Position numbers and translations under genes: made by a program
Part shown: piece after piece, positions 12,871-20,000 of the stretch
How the letters are laid out: each line of letters begins with the position of its first letter
How positions within the stretch are numbered: the first letter of the stretch is position 1
Source: an uncultured virus (IMG/VR IMGVR_UViG_3300028840_001562)
Taxonomy: Duplodnaviria; Heunggongvirae; Uroviricota; Caudoviricetes
IMG/VR virus record: IMGVR_UViG_3300028840_001562
Reading direction: 5' to 3' (one strand)
DNA: 20,000 bases
Notes under the pieces: model-generated
Seen by the model: the letters and a program-made list of their open reading frames with translations, nothing else
What the model was told of the DNA's origin: nothing
Databases searched by the model: none

Positions 12871-15518
12871 TTATACCGATAAGGGCTCAAGATGACGCTA
12901 GCGCTAAGTTGAAGCGTGTGTCCAGGGAACTGGACACGATGCGCAAGAAGTTGAATCAATCAACGGATGCGGCAAAAAAAAGCGCTGCATCATCGGCTGA
13001 TGTGGCAAAGGGATTCAGGAGCATGGCGCTTCGTGCTGCAGGAGCTGTTGTTGGAATCACGGCAGTTTACAGAACTATTAGGACTGGCATAGCCGATGCC
13101 ATACAGGCGGAACGAGCCAACAGAATGCTTGAAAATCAGTTTCGGGCTCTCGGTGTAACATCTAATGCCGTTGTTGATGATTTGAAGCTTTTTGCAGGCC
13201 AACTGGCTTCACAAACTAATTTGTTCGAAACGGATGTTATAGAATTGACCCGTCTTGTTTCGTCGTTTGGAGTGTATGGAGATCAGTTGAAACAGACAAC
13301 GGCCGCTGTCTTGGATTTGTCTGCAGCTATGGGGATTGATCAAAAGGCCGCCGCGCTTGCTGTTGGGAAAGCTATACAGGGTCAAATTGGCGGTTTGAGT
13401 AGATACGGAATCACGATTGAAAATGCTGCGACACCTGCAGAGCGTTTGACTAATCTGCTGAACAAGATGCGAGAAACAGGATTCAGCGGAGCTGCAGCAA
13501 GGGACATTGACACAACAGCAGGAGCAATGCGTGGTTTGACAAAGCAGTTTAGGGAGTTCTGGGAGGCCGTTATGGCAGCCGAGGGCACTCTTGGCAGGTT
13601 TGTCCGCGAGGTAGTCGAAAATCTTACCATAAGTGTGAAAGCCGTACGAAGCTTTTTGATTGGACCTAGCGACGCTGAAATGGGGATAACCCGAGTTAGG
13701 GGTTTACAGCAACAGAAGGCGTTGGCTAAGGAAATCGAACAAACAAACAGAAAATTGACTGATCAAGCAGAAAAATCTGCAACCTCGAGGGCTAAAGAGG
13801 AAAAAGCTTTAAAAGAGATTGAAGCACTTGAAAAGGACCGCCTTAAACAGCAACAGCAATTTTCGCAGACGTTGAAAACGGCCACAACAGAATTGATGAC
13901 CGATGAAGAAAAGATAAATGCCATTTATGCGGAACGTATTGCCATGGCTAGGGAAATGGCATCCCAGGGTTTTATAACCCAGGCAGAATTGCAATCATCG
14001 GTGGCGATCTTTCGTGATGCGTTTATTGACGCGATCGACACAATAGAAAAAGAACGCCTGGACAAAGCTAAAGACACAAACGCCGATGTTGCTGAAGATT
14101 TTCAAACCAAGCTGGAAAACGTCGCTTTTGCTGGTGATCTTGGAGGAATGTTAAGTGCTCTAGGTGGTGGAGGTGCGGCAGGGGCGGGTGCGTTAACTGG
14201 TGTTGCCTCGGCCCTTACTGGAATCGGCGGCGCCATATCAAGCTTTCAGATCATTATGGATTTACCGAAACAAATCGAGGGTATGATCGAGGGTTTGATT
14301 GATAGCATTACAGGATTCTTTTCTACCATTGGCGATTGGTTCGGCGCTTTGTTCAGTTCGGCCGAATGGTTTCAAACAAAAGGCGATGCAGTTAACTGGG
14401 CGCTCGAGCAAATGGGTGATCGGGTTGACGATCTAAAAGCATCACTCGATCGAATGATGGACACAGCCAGAACATCGAGCGAGCTTGTTAACGCTTGGTC
14501 GGAGCGTGTAAGTATTGGACAAGACAAGATAAGTGGCGTCATTGATAAAATAGACGCTTTAATCAAGAAAAGAACCATGACCGATCCTTTTACCGGTGAG
14601 GAGTGGATCAAGTTCGGTAAGGGTTCGCGTCGTGAAATGAAGGAATACCTTGAAGAGGTAATCCCGCTGATAGAGCAACAGGGTCAGTTGCTTGTTGATC
14701 AATATAACGCGAATATTCAGCAGATTCGTGAAGAGTATGCGGAAAAGCGTGCCGGGTTGCTTGAACAGATCAGTTTAGCGCAAGAGCATCTTGCGATTGT
14801 TGAGCAGGAACGCGATCGCTTGCGTGGCTTGCTAGAGGATCTTGTCCAGGGGTTTCAAGAGGCGAAAATGACTGTTGCAGGTGCGCTTTTAAGCCCACAG
14901 GAAACAACAGCGGCCGCTTGGGATGCTTTTAGAACTGCAACAGGTGAAGATAAGGCGGCAGCGGCGGAGAGGTTGCAGCAATCTCTGTTAGATGAATTTC
15001 AGAGCGCACAAGAGGCCGCAGCGGCCGGTCTTATCACTCAAGAAGAGCTTACAAGGATTCAGGCCGACATACTTGGCCAGCTTGAAGCGGCCGAAGCGGA
15101 GGCAACAAGCGAAGCCCAGAGGTTGTTAGATATTCAGCAATCTGCAGTTGATAGGGCGCATGCAGATGCGTTGAGGCTTGAAAACGAGTTGAAAATATTG
15201 AACGAAATGGAAGCTGCCGCGATTGCAGAGCAAAAGCAGTTGCTTCAGAATCAGCTTCAAGCCCTAAAGGACATCAAGAACGTATTGGAAAACCGTTCAG
15301 GATTCCAACACGGCGGCATAGTGGAAGAGAGCGGGCTTGCATTTGTGCATAAGGGCGAAACAGTGCTTCCTCCGAAAGCAATGCCAAACATGATCAATAT
15401 CTCAATCAATGGGCAGGGCTCGGGTGGCCGTGGCCGCGAAATGCTGGCAAAAGAGATCGCAGAGATTCTAAGACTGAACACCGGCAACCTTAGACAAGCA
15501 TTGAAAAGGGCTATCTAG
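12852..15518 (+). CDS. Tail tape measure protein
   Basis: 888 aa, Ala/Gln/Glu-rich and helical; N-terminal IRAQDDASAKL, core AVGKAIQGQIGGLSRYGI, a hydrophobic Gly/Ala segment and C-terminal FQHGGIV...FVHKGETVLP. Confidence 0.93.
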   Translation: MAEPTVVIPIRAQDDASAKLKRVSRELDTMRKKLNQSTDAAKKSAASSADVAKGFRSMALRAAGAVVGITAVYRTIRTGIADAIQAERANRMLENQFRALGVTSNAVVDDLKLFAGQLASQTNLFETDVIELTRLVSSFGVYGDQLKQTTAAVLDLSAAMGIDQKAAALAVGKAIQGQIGGLSRYGITIENAATPAERLTNLLNKMRETGFSGAAARDIDTTAGAMRGLTKQFREFWEAVMAAEGTLGRFVREVVENLTISVKAVRSFLIGPSDAEMGITRVRGLQQQKALAKEIEQTNRKLTDQAEKSATSRAKEEKALKEIEALEKDRLKQQQQFSQTLKTATTELMTDEEKINAIYAERIAMAREMASQGFITQAELQSSVAIFRDAFIDAIDTIEKERLDKAKDTNADVAEDFQTKLENVAFAGDLGGMLSALGGGGAAGAGALTGVASALTGIGGAISSFQIIMDLPKQIEGMIEGLIDSITGFFSTIGDWFGALFSSAEWFQTKGDAVNWALEQMGDRVDDLKASLDRMMDTARTSSELVNAWSERVSIGQDKISGVIDKIDALIKKRTMTDPFTGEEWIKFGKGSRREMKEYLEEVIPLIEQQGQLLVDQYNANIQQIREEYAEKRAGLLEQISLAQEHLAIVEQERDRLRGLLEDLVQGFQEAKMTVAGALLSPQETTAAAWDAFRTATGEDKAAAAERLQQSLLDEFQSAQEAAAAGLITQEELTRIQADILGQLEAAEAEATSEAQRLLDIQQSAVDRAHADALRLENELKILNEMEAAAIAEQKQLLQNQLQALKDIKNVLENRSGFQHGGIVEESGLAFVHKGETVLPPKAMPNMINISINGQGSGGRGREMLAKEIAEILRLNTGNLRQALKRAI

Positions 15519-16330
15519 TGTCTGTTAGAATACTAAACGTCAATAAAATCAAGACAGTGCAGCGATTATTTACTGCGTCAAGTGAAGATGAAGATTATCC
15601 GGCAAACAACCTGCAGACTGATAATTATTCGCAAACTTGGCGAACTGAAGATGTTGCAACGGCTTATACGGTTGTGCAGGATTTTGGTGCCGCAACTGAG
15701 TGCGACACTTGCTTTCTTGGCAATGTCAATTTGACATCAAGCGCGACGGTCAAGATTCAGGCAAATGCGTCGGATTCGTGGGGCGCCCCTTCGGTTGATG
15801 AAACCATAACGGTTTCAGGGTTGGGTTTAAGCCCTCCACACCGCAACCTATACCATGAGTTAGCGTCGGCGGAAACGTATAGGTATTGGCGCATTTCAAT
15901 ATCTGATACAGGCAACACAAATGGGTTTTATGAGGTTGGCGAATGGTGGTTGGGCTCGAGGACAACGCTTGATGCTACGCAACAGCCTGAAGTTGAGCAC
16001 CGCGAAATTTACGATCGCAACAACATTGAACACGTTACAGAGTACCTTCAAAAGTATGTTTACAGCCGTGCAGATCGTCGCACATTTGTTTTGAATTTCA
16101 ACAAAATTACAAAAACCACAATGAACACGCTTCGGGCTTTAGAGCGCGCACAAGATGGGTCTGGTTTACCTTTTGTGTTTGTTTTGGATACCTCGGCTAC
16201 ACCGTACGAGGGCTTTTTTGTTAGGATCGCTGGCGACGTGACTGTCGAACAGTCGGCACCGACTTATTATGATATTCCGTTAACACTTGAAGAGGAGGCG
16301 GCAGGCCAAAGCCTACCGGCTGTTGAATGA
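15518..16330 (+). CDS. Distal-tail-like protein with an N-terminal discoidin/CBM-like beta domain
   Basis: First gene after the tape measure (GTG overlapping its TAG). TASSED..YPANNL...TWRT...YRYWRISI...EVGEWWLG is F5/8C-like, followed by a ~120-aa Dit-like half. Confidence 0.6.
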   Translation: MSVRILNVNKIKTVQRLFTASSEDEDYPANNLQTDNYSQTWRTEDVATAYTVVQDFGAATECDTCFLGNVNLTSSATVKIQANASDSWGAPSVDETITVSGLGLSPPHRNLYHELASAETYRYWRISISDTGNTNGFYEVGEWWLGSRTTLDATQQPEVEHREIYDRNNIEHVTEYLQKYVYSRADRRTFVLNFNKITKTTMNTLRALERAQDGSGLPFVFVLDTSATPYEGFFVRIAGDVTVEQSAPTYYDIPLTLEEEAAGQSLPAVE

Positions 16331-17559
16331 GCACAAATCTAACTGGTAACGGTCTGCTTGGTTTGACGGTCCCATCGCCTGGAGGCGATTCAGGCACTTG
16401 GGATACCGTGTTGAATGATGACACTTTCACAGAGGTAGCGAAAGCCCTATATGCTGCTAGGGAAGATCGCAACATAAGCATTTTGGGCGGAGGCAAGATC
16501 GAATGGGATGAAAGCGGGAATCAGGTCAGTTTTTCAAGCGATATAGTGATTTATGACCATATCACAAACAAGACCACAACGGTTGAAACTTCCGATTCTC
16601 CCATAACCTTGGATGCAGCCAATAAAGTCGCATACATAGAAAAGACAAGGGAGCCGACTAGCAACGAAACGCCGTCACCAACAGTTGTGGCGGCTGGCTC
16701 CCTTCCTAATGCTGTCGATGACAATGGCATAATAGCGTTGTTTCACAGGACTTCGGACGGTACACTTTACGTTCCATGGGCACGAAAGGAAATTCTTGAC
16801 GGTGATCATTGGAATTTTGGAACGTCTTTAACATGGTTCGAAAGATTAGCAACAACGCATAAACCTGGATTTCACAACCTTTCTTCTGATGCAACGCAAG
16901 TTATTATACCTGGATCAGCAGACAACCCTGCCGTTGTTGTTATTAATGGGAAGTTGTATGCAAACACGTCGGATAGCACAATGGACATCGACACGGCTGG
17001 ACGTGATGGCCTAGATACGGGATCAAAGGCGGCAGAGACTCCTTATTATCTTTATGCGATACCAGCATTGAGCGGCAGAGGGTTTGACACAGTTTGTTCT
17101 GTGACCGCCCCAGGTACTGGACCGACAGGGTTTTCCGACTGGTCTTATTTAGGGGCTTTTTCGACATACGAGGCGAGCACGTCTATTTATCCATTTAAAT
17201 CTGATCGCGGCATTTTAATTTATGATACCGCCATAGATGCTACCAGCCATACAGGCGATACAAATTACACAACCAAAACTATAACCAACATGCCAACGAC
17301 AGTAAAAAAAATATGGGCACATGCGACATATTCAGGAACACAGACAGGTTACAATGGGGAAATCAGGGGGCAAACAACGCTGGTTGGTGCCGTCGTTCCT
17401 GTTTATTTGATGCTGCAGGTTTCAGGCTTGTATGTTCATCAAAACGGATGGGTTCCTATATTTACTGCTCAAACAATTTATTTAAAAACAGGTCACGCAA
17501 GCAACACTATTAATTTTTACTTTATGGGCTGGCAGGAAAACCCAATGGAATGGCAATAA
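16327..17559 (+). CDS. Tail fibre / receptor-binding-like structural protein
   Basis: N-terminal LGLTVPSPGGDSGTWDTVLN anchor-like motif; GLDTG...YYLYAI...P.GF...YLG module; Thr/Gly-rich beta content. Confidence 0.65.
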   Translation: MSTNLTGNGLLGLTVPSPGGDSGTWDTVLNDDTFTEVAKALYAAREDRNISILGGGKIEWDESGNQVSFSSDIVIYDHITNKTTTVETSDSPITLDAANKVAYIEKTREPTSNETPSPTVVAAGSLPNAVDDNGIIALFHRTSDGTLYVPWARKEILDGDHWNFGTSLTWFERLATTHKPGFHNLSSDATQVIIPGSADNPAVVVINGKLYANTSDSTMDIDTAGRDGLDTGSKAAETPYYLYAIPALSGRGFDTVCSVTAPGTGPTGFSDWSYLGAFSTYEASTSIYPFKSDRGILIYDTAIDATSHTGDTNYTTKTITNMPTTVKKIWAHATYSGTQTGYNGEIRGQTTLVGAVVPVYLMLQVSGLYVHQNGWVPIFTAQTIYLKTGHASNTINFYFMGWQENPMEWQ

Positions 17560-20000
17560 ATGGCATTGATTTATGGTTCAGGTGTTTACGGCTCCGGGGT
17601 GTACGGAGGCGGATACACGAAGGAAAGCGAGTTCAACAAGTTTTTTGGCGGCCTTGTTGTTCTTATTGACCTTGAATTGCCCGATGTTGACGATCCGGTT
17701 TTGATCAGCGCAGGACAAGCGCGTTTTAACAATTACAATTATGAAGGCACGTTAATTTCGCTTGGGCCTGTGCGCCGTTCTATGCAGAAAAACCTCGGCA
17801 TTTTCGAATCAATGTCGATTGATTTTACTGTTTCAGATGTAAGCCAAACCTATTCAGGCTTAACGCGGCCAATCAAAGGATCTTTGGCAACCGTAAGGCT
17901 TGGCACCAAATACATGGTGCGTAGCGAATATCAGGTTATTTGCAAAGGTATTGTGGATGAATTTTCGCTGAATGATTTCACGATGCGGTTTGTCATTAGA
18001 GATTACCTTTTTGACTTGCCGGAATATCCATTGACCGGGACTGTTAACGAGGACGATTTCCCAAATTCCTACCAGGGGCACAGGGGCATGCCTTTGCCTG
18101 TCTGCTACGGCACCCATTCATATACAACAAGCGACGTTGAAGATTATAGAGATCGTGGCGCCTGGCCGACCCTTTATATCGACAACACTTCGGGAGCAAA
18201 AAAGTTTTTGATAGCATGGCATCATGTCAAGAAAATAGATGAGGTTTACGCAACGAAACCATCGGGCGGGAGCACGCAATTAACTGTGACAACCGATTAC
18301 GATGCTTATGCGAATGGTTATATTGATGGCCATGAAGCTGCTTGGATTGAAATGGATGATGCGCAATTTTCAAGCAAGCTATTAGAAAGCGGTAGCCTTG
18401 GGCATCTTACCGTCAATGTTCAAGGAAAAATGGATACAGGCGGCAACCTTATAACAAACCCGATCGAAGCGATGCTTGATTTTTTCGGTGCATATTTGAA
18501 CAACCCGGATTTTGATTCGGATAGTTTTAGCGATGCTGAAGATATTTGCGACGATCGCGATTATGTGGTGAGGGGCGGCGTAACAGAGAGGAAAACGACG
18601 GCGGAAATTCTACAAGATTTTGCCAAATCATTCAATGCTCGGTTCTATGTGACGCAGTGCGGAAAAATAGGATGCAACATTTTCGCACCACCGGCTCTTG
18701 GGGAAACATCAAAACTTTTCCATGAGGGGCGCGACATCATTCAAAACAGTTTCAGCATCGACCACAATGCAAACATCGAAGGGGCGGAAGATACGCAAAT
18801 TATTAACAAGATCGAATATTTAAGCGATTATCATTATGCTAAAGGGGCGTTTTTCAAATCAAATATTGTTAGTGATGCTGATTCGATTGCTGATTATGGC
18901 GAAAAGGAATTTCAGATTTCAGCGCCTTGGTCAGATCAAGATGCCTCGAGCGATGTTGCAGGTCGTATATTGATTCAATTCAAACAACCGGTGGCGCATG
19001 CGAATTTCCAAATTGGGCTTGCCGGGCTTCTGTCTGAACTGTCGGAACAGGTATTCGTAACGCATGCCAATGGAGCCGAAGGCGAAGCTTGGAGTGATCG
19101 CCGCTTGCAGATTTTGAATCATTCAGTAAACCCGATGCGCGGGACGGTCGATTTGCGTTGCATTGACGTTAGCCCAATTACAGAGAACGGTTTTTTTTTG
19201 GATGATGAAGATCGCATTACAAGAACATCGACGGGAACGGCTGGCGTTACTAACACAAGCGGAACCATTACCATCACTAGCGGGCCAGCGTCTTTGATAA
19301 CCGAGGGTGTGCAGCTCGGCGATATTATCCGCTTAAATGACGGAGACAATATAAGCCACCATGAAATTGAATCTGTGACCGCAACCACAGTTACGGTGGC
19401 CAATACAGTATGGACTAACGAAAGCGGCATTGGTTACGATATTGTTGCATCGTGGATTACAGCGACGGAAGCACAACAAGAATATGGTTATTTGGCTGAC
19501 GAGACAACAGAAGAATTTGGTGAAAACTCCGGTAATCTGAGCTTGTGGCCAACGGACATTGCAACCGACGCACTTTATTTCGGGGGTAGTTCCGGGGCGA
19601 TAACATCAAGAATGTTGGGACAAATTTATACTCCACAGGGAAACCCATCGTTTTTGCAAAGCGGGCCGACAGATGATTTGAAATCAGTTGAGCTTGACGG
19701 AACCACCGACAGCTTTTTAAATACATCTCCGGATTCTGTGTTGCTTCCAGGAACAAAAGATTTCGTCATTTGTTTACACGTTTTGCATGATACTGGGGCA
19801 GGAACAGGCACGCGCTTCATGTTAGATTTTGATGAAAACGGAGCTGGTGCTAGGCCAGGCATTTTTGTTTGGCTAACCTCGACTCAACTGCAGATAGGCG
19901 TGGTTGATGATAGTTTAAACGCTCATGCAACGGCGTGGACGCATGGCGGCCAAATTTTGAATGAGGGCAGGTGGTATTGCCTGGAGATAAAAGCGGATCG
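17560..20000 (+). CDS. Baseplate hub / tail-tip protein (Tal/lambda J-like) with C-terminal beta-sandwich and LamG-like domains; 3'-truncated by the window
   Basis: Translated by hand: ATG 17560 directly follows the previous TAA and no stop occurs through 20000 (813 codons). Motifs PLPVCYG, ITNPIEAMLD, IINKIEY and DSIADYGEK; LamG-like SVELDGTTD...DFVICLHV...LNEGRWYCL. Confidence 0.88.
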   Translation, partial: MALIYGSGVYGSGVYGGGYTKESEFNKFFGGLVVLIDLELPDVDDPVLISAGQARFNNYNYEGTLISLGPVRRSMQKNLGIFESMSIDFTVSDVSQTYSGLTRPIKGSLATVRLGTKYMVRSEYQVICKGIVDEFSLNDFTMRFVIRDYLFDLPEYPLTGTVNEDDFPNSYQGHRGMPLPVCYGTHSYTTSDVEDYRDRGAWPTLYIDNTSGAKKFLIAWHHVKKIDEVYATKPSGGSTQLTVTTDYDAYANGYIDGHEAAWIEMDDAQFSSKLLESGSLGHLTVNVQGKMDTGGNLITNPIEAMLDFFGAYLNNPDFDSDSFSDAEDICDDRDYVVRGGVTERKTTAEILQDFAKSFNARFYVTQCGKIGCNIFAPPALGETSKLFHEGRDIIQNSFSIDHNANIEGAEDTQIINKIEYLSDYHYAKGAFFKSNIVSDADSIADYGEKEFQISAPWSDQDASSDVAGRILIQFKQPVAHANFQIGLAGLLSELSEQVFVTHANGAEGEAWSDRRLQILNHSVNPMRGTVDLRCIDVSPITENGFFLDDEDRITRTSTGTAGVTNTSGTITITSGPASLITEGVQLGDIIRLNDGDNISHHEIESVTATTVTVANTVWTNESGIGYDIVASWITATEAQQEYGYLADETTEEFGENSGNLSLWPTDIATDALYFGGSSGAITSRMLGQIYTPQGNPSFLQSGPTDDLKSVELDGTTDSFLNTSPDSVLLPGTKDFVICLHVLHDTGAGTGTRFMLDFDENGAGARPGIFVWLTSTQLQIGVVDDSLNAHATAWTHGGQILNEGRWYCLEIKAD

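Noticed and set aside
17221..17559. Fibre C-terminus as a DGR variable region or a recently swapped low-GC module
   Set aside because: No template repeat or reverse transcriptase is visible in the window, and the GC drop (about 40% by rough count) is too small to support a claim.
141..19862. All minus-strand ORFs and the short alternative-frame plus ORFs in the track (for example 6477-7082, 4080-4577, 7771-8187, 2857-3039)
   Set aside because: They lie antisense to or inside well-supported phage genes and have no recognisable motifs, so they are shadow ORFs.
1..20000. tRNA, rRNA, CRISPR array, integrase/transposase, intron or intein
   Set aside because: No cloverleaf, spaced repeats or mobile-element motifs were seen, and TerL and MCP have ordinary lengths with no insertion.

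Overview
All credible genes in this window are on the + strand, tightly packed with overlapping start/stop codons and strong GGAGG/GGGGG Shine-Dalgarno (SD) sites. They form the late (packaging and virion) region of a tailed dsDNA phage or prophage. The order is: the 3' end of an upstream gene, a GT-B glycosyltransferase, a structured GC-rich intergenic spacer, small ORFs, terminase small and large subunits (separated by two small genes, one a multi-CxxC protein), a Mu gp29-like portal fused to a MuF/SPP1 gp7-like domain, a Mu-like prohead protease/scaffold with an N-terminal ChaB-like domain, a head decoration protein, a Mu gpT-like major capsid, neck and tail-completion proteins, a tail tube with no sheath (siphovirus), tail assembly chaperones joined by a -1 frameshift, tape measure, a distal-tail-like protein, a fibre-like protein, and a hub/tail-tip gene of more than 813 codons that runs off the window and is missing from the ORF track. 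The most notable observations are a frame break (ACAG duplication) between a small head-module domain and the ChaB-protease, a 16-bp pseudo-palindrome shared by the portal and protease upstream regions, the portal-MuF fusion, glycosyltransferase(s) next to the packaging genes, and a G-rich structured spacer upstream of terS. All family assignments come from motif recognition and synteny only; no database search was run.
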